From: a virus
Lineage: Duplodnaviria > Caudoviricetes
Length of the DNA stretch: 64,000 nt
Direction: 5' to 3' (one strand)
Virus record (IMG/VR): IMGVR_UViG_3300033802_000250
The notes under the pieces were generated by a model. That model was not told where the DNA came from, did no database searches, and worked only from the letters and a program-made list of their open reading frames with translations. The position numbers and the translations under genes were made by a program. This document shows, in pieces, positions 9,325 through 18,606 of this stretch; position 1 is the first letter of the stretch, and each line of letters opens with the position of its first letter.

Positions 9325-10152
9325 ATGGCAAAGTTTTCTCCGATGGATGTTCATATCCCAACCGACGGGCAAACCGTCATCAACCTGAATCACCCCTACG
9401 TGATGGGCTCCGGCGAACTTGTAGTGTATCTGAACGGGATGGTTGCGGTACTCGGTGAAGACTACGACGAAACCGACAACACCACGATTACCTTCCGGTT
9501 CCAACTTTCCAGCCAAGATGTCGTCATCACCCAACATCTCGTCTACTACGACGACAAAGCCGTCAAGGTGATTACCGACGACAAACAAAGCCTCTTTCAT
9601 CGCTACGGAATTGAGGAGCGGCTGAAGAAGAACCAGAAGTATACCGTCACATTCAATTACGGCCAGCAAGAGATGGGCTTTACGTTCTACACCCGCATGG
9701 AGCCGCTGTATTCGACGGTGGAAACCATCCGTGGCGATCTCGGCGTTTTCATCAGTACAATCACTGATTTTCAGATCATGTATTTGATCCACGAAAACAG
9801 CAAGATTGCCGAACAGGAATTTGCCACCGAGCTTGAGGACAACAACGGCGAGCCGACCTTCGCCATGCGGCAATGGGTTCGCTACCGCACCGAACTCGAT
9901 CTTGTGCTTCAGCTTTACATGCATCAGATGGGTCGGAGCGGAAGCGACCATATGATCCTTGGTCAGCTTGAAATCGAGCGCCGAAGCAATCTCGGCGATT
10001 ACGAGCCGCTGATGAAGGAACTGAAGGCGAAGCTGATGAAGTATCAACGTAGAGGGTCTCCGGTGAGAACAGCGGTCAAGGGAGGATCTACCTATCCTCT
10101 CAACGCACCCCGTCGTGACTTCAATGTTACGATTGGAGGTGCGGAAGGATAA
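9325..10152 (+). CDS. Putative head-tail adaptor/neck protein with an N-terminal ~70-aa Ig-like module
   Basis: ATG at 9325, 7 nt after AAGGAGG. Helical C-terminal region in the adaptor position upstream of the closure, sheath and terminator genes. Confidence 0.45.
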   Translation: MAKFSPMDVHIPTDGQTVINLNHPYVMGSGELVVYLNGMVAVLGEDYDETDNTTITFRFQLSSQDVVITQHLVYYDDKAVKVITDDKQSLFHRYGIEERLKKNQKYTVTFNYGQQEMGFTFYTRMEPLYSTVETIRGDLGVFISTITDFQIMYLIHENSKIAEQEFATELEDNNGEPTFAMRQWVRYRTELDLVLQLYMHQMGRSGSDHMILGQLEIERRSNLGDYEPLMKELKAKLMKYQRRGSPVRTAVKGGSTYPLNAPRRDFNVTIGGAEG

Positions 10153-10784
10153 TGGACTTGCGGCGTGAGTTTGATCGCATCATTGACCATTACGGCCACT
10201 ATGTTCTGCTCCAGCGCACCAGTCGCCAAGTGCGGTGTATCTGCTGGAACGAAAAGTATCAAGAGTCGTCCGTCGAACAATACAAGCGGCTTACGAAATA
10301 CGAGGGAGAACTTTCCGGCTGTCCGCGCTGTCTCGGCAAAGGCTGGATCAGCCGGATCGAACGTCACAAGGTACGCCGTGACAATGCAAGCCAGATCATT
10401 TCTCTGCCACAACTCACGAAGCAGATGGATATCGGTCAGGTTGCATCCGAGGCCCGTGTGTTTTACATGCGGTTTGACTCCCATCCGAAGAAAGGCGACA
10501 TTATCTTCGAGGTGGGATGGCGCGGCCACAAGCCGACGCATATCATCCAATGCTACGAGATTCAGGCGGCTGAAGATCTGCGTGCCGGGCCGACCGGCGA
10601 AATCTATCGTACCATTGATTACCGGCCAAACCCTCTCTCCGGTCAACGTCAGCCGCACAATCCTGCGGGCGGGCGAGTGGAGTTCTATCAGGTGACGACA
10701 AAGGAGATCACGATTGCCACGAACATTCGTGACATTGTCATCCGTAGGCTCGGGCCCGTTGCGAACTATGAGTTCATTCATTAG
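10152..10784 (+). CDS. Putative head-closure/neck protein with zinc-finger insertion
   Basis: CxCW...CPRCLGKGW motif and PKKGDIIFEV pattern; position before the sheath genes. Confidence 0.5.
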   Translation: MDLRREFDRIIDHYGHYVLLQRTSRQVRCICWNEKYQESSVEQYKRLTKYEGELSGCPRCLGKGWISRIERHKVRRDNASQIISLPQLTKQMDIGQVASEARVFYMRFDSHPKKGDIIFEVGWRGHKPTHIIQCYEIQAAEDLRAGPTGEIYRTIDYRPNPLSGQRQPHNPAGGRVEFYQVTTKEITIATNIRDIVIRRLGPVANYEFIH

Positions 10785-10793
10785 GGGGTGTGA

Positions 10794-12371
10794 ATGTTGA
10801 ATCGCTACGACTTCATACTTCCGGGTGAACAAAGGCCAGCGGGGATTGGCGAAAACCTGTACATCTTGGGTACGAGCGAAGACGGCCCTATCATGCAACC
10901 AATGCGCATCAACGACCCGCAACACGCCGCTCGCGTCTTCGGCGATAGGCTGAAAGGAACTCTTGTGCGGGCGTTTGAACAAGCGTATGATATAAATAGC
11001 AACATTCCAATTTATTTGATGCGCATCACAGGAAAATCTGCTAAATTGAAGATAGCGGGGTTTGTTGACGGTGAATACGTAGATCTGATCAATCTGAGAA
11101 TGATCTACGGCGGCTCGAAGTACAATGATGTTGTTGTCAGAGTTGAACACCGCGAAACGACCGGGGAGACGGTGCTTGCCTTCGATTTCGGAGACTACAA
11201 CGTTTCCTATGCGCTGAACGAACACATGGATATCGACCACCTCATCAAGCACATCAATGAAGACGCGCGGGCCAACATCCATCACATCTTTGCAACAACG
11301 GAATACGGCCACCTGCCGACCGAAATCGTCACCGCTTCCTATACGGATTCGTGGCAGTTTACGGGCGGCGAAGACGGCGTTGATGCTACGCGGGACGAGT
11401 TGTATATCGCATGTGACGAAGCGCTCACCCTGCTTCTCGGCAGGCCCATCGACGTTATCGTTCTCGCAGGAATGTATGTCGATGATGTGCATCCGGTTGC
11501 GTTCTATGGACAAGCCGTCTATGGGAACGCGATGTACGCCTCCAACGAAGACTTTCTTCAATTGGTGGATACGATGGACAACAATCGCTTCGTGTCGTAC
11601 CACGAGCGGTTGATTGATTTCTGCCGAGACCAAATGAAGTTGGGCTACATGTCGCATGGTGTCATCGGGCTCCGGCCTCTGAAGACGGTGCCGGACACCA
11701 TCGAACATGATGACTCATACATAGTCCGCTTGGTTCAGGCCACGATTTTCCGGGATCGGTACGGGCTTATGGAGTTCCGTAACGGCCAGTGGTCGGACAA
11801 GGGGCATTACATCAGCGTGGCTGGCTTTGAACCTATCTTCCGGCAGGGCACTCCACAGGAGTATTACGACAACGGTGCAGTTGCGTATGCCGCTCTGCTC
11901 GCCGGACATTACGACACCACGACGAACGTCAAGATTCCGATTCAGGCTCTCCGTTATGAGCTATCGGAAGATACGATGGGGCAATTGGCGACGCTTGGTG
12001 TTGTAACCGTCCGAAACAGTGTGCGGAATGGGTACGTCGTTACAAGCGGGGTAACGGCGGCTCATTGGGAGAGTGAACTGCACGATGTCGCGAACATGAG
12101 GATGTCACAATTGACAATCGCCAACATGAACGACATCGTTCAGACCATTTATGAGTCTGACATTGCTCCAGAGGTGCGCCGCTTGTTCACGGAGAAACTT
12201 GTGAAGGAGCGGCTGGAGGAATTGGCAAGACTCGGCGTGCTGGTGAATTACGACTACCGCATTCTGTTCGATCCGAAGAACGACTACGGTACAATCGCCC
12301 TCACGCTTCAAACCAAGTACACTGTCGAAGGCATTTCAACGTCAGCCGAAATCGGATACGCGGAGGTGTAA
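10794..12371 (+). CDS. Tail sheath-like protein 1 (short, 525 aa)
   Basis: N-terminal YILGTSEDGPIMQPMRI..A.RVFG, FTGGEDG, and C-terminal GVVTVR..VVTSGVTAA..ANMRM; aligns by eye with 13078-15240. Confidence 0.75.
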   Translation: MLNRYDFILPGEQRPAGIGENLYILGTSEDGPIMQPMRINDPQHAARVFGDRLKGTLVRAFEQAYDINSNIPIYLMRITGKSAKLKIAGFVDGEYVDLINLRMIYGGSKYNDVVVRVEHRETTGETVLAFDFGDYNVSYALNEHMDIDHLIKHINEDARANIHHIFATTEYGHLPTEIVTASYTDSWQFTGGEDGVDATRDELYIACDEALTLLLGRPIDVIVLAGMYVDDVHPVAFYGQAVYGNAMYASNEDFLQLVDTMDNNRFVSYHERLIDFCRDQMKLGYMSHGVIGLRPLKTVPDTIEHDDSYIVRLVQATIFRDRYGLMEFRNGQWSDKGHYISVAGFEPIFRQGTPQEYYDNGAVAYAALLAGHYDTTTNVKIPIQALRYELSEDTMGQLATLGVVTVRNSVRNGYVVTSGVTAAHWESELHDVANMRMSQLTIANMNDIVQTIYESDIAPEVRRLFTEKLVKERLEELARLGVLVNYDYRILFDPKNDYGTIALTLQTKYTVEGISTSAEIGYAEV

Positions 12372-12375
12372 TGTC

Positions 12376-13062
12376 ATGAGTCCACCAAACTCCACAAGAG
12401 GGATGCTTTTGGCGAGCGGGTCGATGGATTTCGACGAATTCACCGACAAGATGAACGAACTCTTAAAGCTTGCTTGGGGAGAGGATTGGGGGAGGTTTGT
12501 CCAACGGGAACCCGTTGGCAACACGCCCGAAGGCATTGACCTATCCCGCCACGGGATTATCGCCTTCGATACATACGAAAGAGTCCGATCCAAATCACAC
12601 GTTTCCCTGAAGCCGATCCTGTACGACAAAAAAGTCCCGGATCCGAACAACCCGAATCGTTTCCTTGAACTTTCGCGGCAATGGTTTGATCTCACGGTTG
12701 ACTTCTACATCTATTCGCAATTCAATCGTGAAGCCCGAATCCTTATGGAAGATTTCGAGGATTTCTTGCTGACCTATGAAAGTCACATTAAGAACCTCGG
12801 CCTGTCTGAAATCATCTTCCTTGCGGAACTCCAACCAACAGTAGTAACGATGTGGGGGCAAGAGCTTCCAAGCAGGCACTTGCGCTACCTCGTTCGCATA
12901 GAGCGGATCCGAATCAACCGCTCCAATAACAAGCTCCAAAGAATTGACACCGATGCATCATTGCAGGGCGATCCCGAAGATAGGGACGTTGAGTCGTTTC
13001 TTCTTCGGCAGAGTCAAGCGATGAGAGAAGCATATGGTGATCTAATTCGTCGCGACGAATAA
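12376..13062 (+). CDS. Putative tail terminator/completion protein
   Basis: Position directly before the major sheath; alpha/beta pattern QWFDLTVDFYIYS..EARILMEDFE..LRYLVRIE. Confidence 0.5.
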   Translation: MSPPNSTRGMLLASGSMDFDEFTDKMNELLKLAWGEDWGRFVQREPVGNTPEGIDLSRHGIIAFDTYERVRSKSHVSLKPILYDKKVPDPNNPNRFLELSRQWFDLTVDFYIYSQFNREARILMEDFEDFLLTYESHIKNLGLSEIIFLAELQPTVVTMWGQELPSRHLRYLVRIERIRINRSNNKLQRIDTDASLQGDPEDRDVESFLLRQSQAMREAYGDLIRRDE

Positions 13063-13077
13063 AGGAGGCTCGTCGAA

Positions 13078-15240
13078 ATGGCACAAATGCAAAATGAGTA
13101 TGCGTCTCTGCCGGGTCACTTTACGCAGTTCAAAGACTCTGACCGCAGGCTGAGGGAAGACCCCCTTGCAAGTACCACGGAATCGGTGCTGTTGCTCGGG
13201 ACGGCGACTGACGGCCCCGTGATGCAACCGGTTCGGGTCACTCCGCAAACGGCGGCTCAAATCTTCGGGAAAATGACGCACCCGAACGGCGTCGCAAACG
13301 GCGCAACGTTGCTCCAAAAATTTGAGGAAGTGTGGAACGCGGGATGCCGCGACGTGCGCCTGATGCGCGTTACCGGCAAGCCTTCGGCGCTGAGCCTGAA
13401 GGGCGGCTCCTACACCCAAGTTACGGAGCAAATCCAACAAGACCAACTCGGTCTGTCCCAAGGCAACAATGCTGTGACGTTCACCCTGCCGCACGGCGGC
13501 ATCGACACCTCGACCGTTGTCGTCAAGGCCAACGGCATCCAACTGGCATCTACCGTGTACACGGTGGACGGCGGCGTGATGGCCGATCCGACGGCATCTC
13601 CGGCGGTATCGGAGGTCAAAGGCACGCTGTCGCTGGATGCTGATGTTACGGACATGAAGGCCGACATCACCATTTCGTACGAGTACACGTACCTCGACGA
13701 AGAAGGCAACGTGCAAACCGCCGAAGTGGTGGACAACAGCACCGACGCCAACGGCAATCCGATGATCGCCAACGGCGCGGACAAGGTGTTCACGCTGTCC
13801 AAGGTGCCGAAAAGCGGCCTGAAGCTGTATGCTGACGGCGCAGAAGTGACGGACACCACCGTTTACACCGTCGATGCGGCCAACAAGACGGTTACGGTTC
13901 ACAACACCGTGAAGATCAAGCTCGGCCAGCTTCTCGAAGCAAGCTACAGCCACGATGTCACGACCGTTGTGAATCCGACCATCGAACTCGAATCCTTCTA
14001 CGGCGGTAACATCTACAACGAACTCAAGGCGAAAGTGGAGTCCGAGAACGGCATCGTGACGATCACGATCACCAAGCCGGAGTCCAAGAAGGCGCTGATG
14101 AGCGAGCCGCCGATGGTCTTCAAATCGACGGACTATCCGAGCTTCCAACTGATGGTGAATGCCATCAACACGCATCCGCTGAACAACCAAGTGGTGCGGG
14201 CTTCGACGAAGTACCCGGATCGCAACACCAACACGCTCGAAGTGAAGCCGGAAACCTACTTCTCCGGCGGCGACGACGAACTGTTCATCTCCAAAGAGGA
14301 AATGTACAAGCGTCTCGGCGGCGAGCGCGACAGCGAAGGCTACATCGTCAAGCAGGGGGCATACCAAATCCTTGAGAACTACCAAGTGGACTACGTGATT
14401 CCGCTTGGCGTGTACGCCGACGACAAGCTGATCGGCAAGTACGACAACTTCGCTTACCAGCTTGCTCTGGCCTGCGGCGTCATGTCGCTGTACGGGCGCG
14501 TGACCCACGGCTTCATCGCAACTTCGTCTCCGCAAGGCACGACCCTGCAAGAGATCGAAGAACATGTGCAAAAGCTGTTGGAGAACGTGCCGCAAACGCT
14601 GTACATGCGCGACCGCTTCGGCAACGAAATCAAGGACGGCGAAGGCAACCGAATCGACCTTGGGCAGTTCATCTCGATTCTGGCTGGCCCGGACATCGTC
14701 GTCGGCAACACTCGCTTGGGTGCCATCGCAACTCAAGGCACGGCGGCATACGGCGGCTTTGTATCGCAACTGCCGATCCGTTCGGCTCCGACGAACAAAG
14801 TCATCCCGAACGCACTCGGTCTGCGCTACGAGTATTCGGCAAGCCAGCTTGATCGCCTGACCAAAGCACGGATGGTGACGTTCCGTCTGAAGAACAATGG
14901 CGGCGGTGTCGCGGTCGTTGATTCCATGACGTACGCCCACTCCGGCTCCGATTACACTCGTCAATCGACGGTACGGATCGTCAAGGCGGCGGTCAACACG
15001 ATCAAGGAAGTCGCGGATCCGTTCATCGGTGAACCGAACGACACGGCGAGCCGGAATGCCCTGACGGCGGCCATCAGCAAGCGTCTGGATCGTATGCAAG
15101 AGAACGGCGAACTCTTGGGCTACGACTTCCAAATCGTTGCTACGCCGCAGATGGAACTCATCGGTGAAGCGCAAATCGAACTGAGCCTGCAAGCTCCGAA
15201 CGAATTGCGTCAACTGACGACCATCGTGAGCCTGTCCTAA
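13078..15240 (+). CDS. Major contractile tail sheath protein (720 aa) with inserted Ig-like domains
   Basis: SLPGHF, LLGTATDGPVMQPVRV, FSGGDD, C-terminal STVRIV..VADPFIGEPN..LQAPNELRQL sheath motifs. Strong codon bias and AAAGGAGG RBS. Confidence 0.9.
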   Translation: MAQMQNEYASLPGHFTQFKDSDRRLREDPLASTTESVLLLGTATDGPVMQPVRVTPQTAAQIFGKMTHPNGVANGATLLQKFEEVWNAGCRDVRLMRVTGKPSALSLKGGSYTQVTEQIQQDQLGLSQGNNAVTFTLPHGGIDTSTVVVKANGIQLASTVYTVDGGVMADPTASPAVSEVKGTLSLDADVTDMKADITISYEYTYLDEEGNVQTAEVVDNSTDANGNPMIANGADKVFTLSKVPKSGLKLYADGAEVTDTTVYTVDAANKTVTVHNTVKIKLGQLLEASYSHDVTTVVNPTIELESFYGGNIYNELKAKVESENGIVTITITKPESKKALMSEPPMVFKSTDYPSFQLMVNAINTHPLNNQVVRASTKYPDRNTNTLEVKPETYFSGGDDELFISKEEMYKRLGGERDSEGYIVKQGAYQILENYQVDYVIPLGVYADDKLIGKYDNFAYQLALACGVMSLYGRVTHGFIATSSPQGTTLQEIEEHVQKLLENVPQTLYMRDRFGNEIKDGEGNRIDLGQFISILAGPDIVVGNTRLGAIATQGTAAYGGFVSQLPIRSAPTNKVIPNALGLRYEYSASQLDRLTKARMVTFRLKNNGGGVAVVDSMTYAHSGSDYTRQSTVRIVKAAVNTIKEVADPFIGEPNDTASRNALTAAISKRLDRMQENGELLGYDFQIVATPQMELIGEAQIELSLQAPNELRQLTTIVSLS

Positions 15241-15248
15241 TCCGCCCG

Positions 15249-15268
15249 GGGGAGGCAACCACCTCCCC
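15249..15268 (+). promoter_or_regulatory. GC-rich RNA hairpin between the sheath and tube genes (no U-tract)
   Basis: GGGGAGG-caacca-CCTCCCC perfect 7-bp stem. Confidence 0.45.
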
Positions 15269-15300
15269 TCCATACACCTCAGTAGAGGAGGAATTATGCT

Positions 15301-16068
15301 ATGGCATCTACGTTCGCACAAACGTACACCAGCTTCTCCGGTGCGGACTTGGTCGTCAGCTTCGGCCCGAAGACCATCGGAGAGCTTCAGCAAATTTCTT
15401 GGGGTATCAAGCGGGAAAAAGCGCCGGTCTTCACGCTCGGTTCTCCTGACCCGCGTTCGTTCTCGCGCGGCAAGCGCGGCATCGGCGGTTCGCTGGTGTT
15501 CGCCCAATTCAACCGCGACGCGCTGATCGAGGAACTGGTCAAGGACTCCAACGTGTGGCAAAACATCGCGCCGGTCGCGATGTTCAGCGCGAAGGGCAAC
15601 ATCGCGAATCGCGGCATGGAGTTCTTCCAAGACGCGCTGAAAATGGCTTCGTGGAACACGTCGTCCAGCGCGAACCAGCAAATGCTGGATCAAGGTTACG
15701 GCTTCCAAGGCCAAAATGCGATCAGCCCGCTGACCATCGACACCGCGTCCGACGGAAGCGGCACCCAAATCCGCGTCCCGCACGGCTTCGGCGTCATCAA
15801 GGCAAACAACATCATGTATGCCGACATGATCCCGCCGTTCGACGTGACGCTGACCTTCGCAAACGAATACGGTCAAGCGGCGTTCCAGAAAATCTACGAT
15901 CTGGACATTCTGGACGAGTCCAGCGGCGTGTCGGTTGACAGCATCGTCATGGAGCGCCAAATGAGCTACGTGGCTCGCCGGATCTCCCCGCTGATGGAAG
16001 GCATCTACGCCCGCGAAAGCGGCGGCACGATGTACGGTGTCGATGTCCAAGGCAACCGCATCCAGTAA
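15301..16068 (+). CDS. Major tail tube protein
   Basis: Immediately after the sheath. FSGADL..IGELQQISW..REKAPVFTLG..RGKRGIGGSLVF..PPFDVTLTFANEYG..YVAR. Strong codon bias, followed by a terminator. Confidence 0.8.
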   Translation: MASTFAQTYTSFSGADLVVSFGPKTIGELQQISWGIKREKAPVFTLGSPDPRSFSRGKRGIGGSLVFAQFNRDALIEELVKDSNVWQNIAPVAMFSAKGNIANRGMEFFQDALKMASWNTSSSANQQMLDQGYGFQGQNAISPLTIDTASDGSGTQIRVPHGFGVIKANNIMYADMIPPFDVTLTFANEYGQAAFQKIYDLDILDESSGVSVDSIVMERQMSYVARRISPLMEGIYARESGGTMYGVDVQGNRIQ

Positions 16069-16082
16069 GCCACAAACACATG

Positions 16083-16109
16083 AGCCCGGCGGCGTAACGC
16101 CGGGCTTTT
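16083..16109 (+). terminator. Intrinsic terminator after the tube gene
   Basis: AGCCCGGCG-gcgtaa-CGCCGGGCT stem-loop followed by a T run. Confidence 0.7.
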
Positions 16110-16130
16110 ATGCTACCGAGGTGATATTCG

Positions 16131-18593
16131 ATGGCGGACGGACAATATGAAAAGTTCACCAAGTTCTCGGAGTTTGTCAATCAGCTTGCCTATCTAAAGA
16201 AGTTGAGTAAAGACAATCCGTCTCCCGAATTGCTGGCTTGGATTACGAACGAAGCCAAAGATCTTCGCTTTCATGCGGTGATGAAGGGTTTCGATCTGGA
16301 ACTGCTCGAAACCGAGTCGTTCAAGAAAAACGGCTGGACGATGACGGATGAGGATCGAAAGAACTTCGAGCAATACAAGCTTCCTTACGATTACGTCAAG
16401 GAGCTTGCCGAATTGAAAAAACAATACAACGATCCGCGCTCCGACAAGGATGAACTCCACAAGCGGGCCCAAATGATCCGTGTCCGCGCGGCGGTAGACG
16501 GTGTCGATCTCCGGCAGGTTGAGGAATGGGCGACATGGATAGCGAAAGGAACCAAACCGTCCGCCGCAGAAATCGACGCGGCTGTGAAGGACTACATCGC
16601 CGAAGTCGAATATACGGCAAAGCTGATTCCGAACTCGCAAAGGTGGCAACAGGCCGAGGAGGATTATAAGGCGGGCAAAATCTCCAAAGAGGAGAAGGAT
16701 CGGATTCAGGCTCAGGCGCATCAGGCCAGCCAAAATATCCGGGCTGAGGCGCTCTCCAAAGGCGTCAACCTGTGGGAGATGGAGAAACTTCTGACCCGCG
16801 TGGTGAAGGGTCGGGAGTGGGGCAAAGAGGATTATGAGATCGCCAAAAGCTACATCGACAAGCTTTATGAAGCGGCGGGTCTCATGCCTAAGAGTCCTTC
16901 CAAACAGACGGTGGACACACATATCCCTTACAAGCGTCAGCCGAGTTACAAATCGCCGTTTGGCGAAACGTACTCCGGCACGGATATGGTAGTGTTCTTC
17001 GCCTTTCCGGGATTCCGTCCCATTGAGATCGGCACGGCGACCACCGTCAGTATCACTACGTATCGTGAAAAGAAACAGATTCGCACCATTGGCCGAATTG
17101 GCGCTCGCGGGTTTACCAAAGGGCCGAGAACGGTATCCGGCAAAATCATCTTCACTGTGATCCGCGAACACATCGTAGAAAGGCTCCGTCGGGAAATCCC
17201 TTATCTGCGTGAACATAAAACGTTGCTGATGGATGAATTGCCGCCGTTCGATATTCTGATCAGCTTCGGTAACGAATACGGCAACAGCGCATTTTTGGTC
17301 ATCAACGGTGTGACCACGGTTGATGAGCAGAAGACGATGTCTATCGAGGAAATGTTTACGGAAACCATCTTCACTTATCTGGCTCGCGACTATCAGCCGC
17401 TTCGCGCCATTGAGGCCGACCCGGATCTGCCGTATGATCCGCTGGATTGGTACAGCACCGTATTCCGTGACAAAGGAAGCGAACTGGTTGGCAAGTTTCA
17501 GCTTGACGATTTGATTCTGAGCGAATACGCCGATAGCTTCGCCAAAGCATTGCCTACGCTGAAGCAAAACGAAACGTGGACGCAAATGTCGGTGCAGGAC
17601 ATCATCAAGAACTACTATCAATCGCTGACACCGATAGAACATCTCGATCCGATGCAACCGCTGAGTCGTAAAATCTTCGTACAAGTGCTGACGAAAGAAG
17701 GCGAACTCGTCAGGTCTGGTAATCTGAAGCTGGAATTCAACAACAGCGCCTACAACGATCCGAGTTATCCGTGGGAGACCGGCCCGACGATTTCCCAATG
17801 GGCGATCAATGATTTGGATTTCGATGTTTCGCTGATCAAGCACTCCAGCGGATACGCTCCCGGCTTGCTGGTGATTCCCGATCATCTTGGCGCGGGCGAA
17901 GGATTCACCGTAACCTACTCCGGGTATGATACGACGGATTGGCACTACAAGCCCGCTACGATCAAAGGCGTTGTACATGACGGCGAACATACTTATGTGC
18001 AGGTCATCTGTGAGAAGGTTGCGGATGACACCGTTCGTATGATCTATCTGCCTGACGATCTTGATCCTTATAATCTGGAGAACTTCTCGTACGAAGGAGT
18101 CAACAAAATACCGGCGCTCAGCACGCTGACAAGCGACAACTTCAAGCGTCAGGTGCAGAAATCGGCGGACGGCGTCCATTGGATAAACCTTTATTGCTCC
18201 AAAGGGCCGAATCCGTATCCGAATGCGGAAATCCAATTGACGTGGAAGTTGGAGCCAAAATTCATGCCCGGGGGAACTACATATGAGAAGTTTGACCGAA
18301 TCACCGGTGGTAAGGCTAACTACGACAAATCTCTGCTGACGAGTCTGCCGGGGTTGCAGGCCAAATACAACAGCACGTATTATACAATCAAGAGCAATCA
18401 ATATGGAAGCGCCGCAATCCGAATCAAAGACTTGGTGTTCTGGAAAGACCAGTTGAATCCGGGCAAATACGTTTACTACGAAGATTTGCCGAAAGACGTG
18501 TTGCTCTACATCTACGCCAAGATCAAGAGCGGCAACGACTACAAAACCGTCACCTGTCTTGTCCGTAAGGTAGACAACGCAAACGACGTGTAA
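16131..18593 (+). CDS. Tube-fold paralog (tube initiator-like) with N-terminal helical repeats and C-terminal beta domains (820 aa)
   Basis: About 16971-17395 (YSGTDMVV..REKKQIRTIG..KGPRTVSGKIIF..LPPFDILISFGNEYG..YLARD) aligns with the tube protein. Confidence 0.7.
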   Translation: MADGQYEKFTKFSEFVNQLAYLKKLSKDNPSPELLAWITNEAKDLRFHAVMKGFDLELLETESFKKNGWTMTDEDRKNFEQYKLPYDYVKELAELKKQYNDPRSDKDELHKRAQMIRVRAAVDGVDLRQVEEWATWIAKGTKPSAAEIDAAVKDYIAEVEYTAKLIPNSQRWQQAEEDYKAGKISKEEKDRIQAQAHQASQNIRAEALSKGVNLWEMEKLLTRVVKGREWGKEDYEIAKSYIDKLYEAAGLMPKSPSKQTVDTHIPYKRQPSYKSPFGETYSGTDMVVFFAFPGFRPIEIGTATTVSITTYREKKQIRTIGRIGARGFTKGPRTVSGKIIFTVIREHIVERLRREIPYLREHKTLLMDELPPFDILISFGNEYGNSAFLVINGVTTVDEQKTMSIEEMFTETIFTYLARDYQPLRAIEADPDLPYDPLDWYSTVFRDKGSELVGKFQLDDLILSEYADSFAKALPTLKQNETWTQMSVQDIIKNYYQSLTPIEHLDPMQPLSRKIFVQVLTKEGELVRSGNLKLEFNNSAYNDPSYPWETGPTISQWAINDLDFDVSLIKHSSGYAPGLLVIPDHLGAGEGFTVTYSGYDTTDWHYKPATIKGVVHDGEHTYVQVICEKVADDTVRMIYLPDDLDPYNLENFSYEGVNKIPALSTLTSDNFKRQVQKSADGVHWINLYCSKGPNPYPNAEIQLTWKLEPKFMPGGTTYEKFDRITGGKANYDKSLLTSLPGLQAKYNSTYYTIKSNQYGSAAIRIKDLVFWKDQLNPGKYVYYEDLPKDVLLYIYAKIKSGNDYKTVTCLVRKVDNANDV

Positions 18594-18606
18594 GGAGAGA
18601 GCGAGC

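Noticed and set aside
13042-16050. 1002-aa minus-strand ORF (and others such as 16194-18656, 22957-24750, 59837-61774)
   Set aside because: These mirror plus-strand genes with strong codon bias, have unnatural composition and show no recognisable domains. They are antisense shadows.
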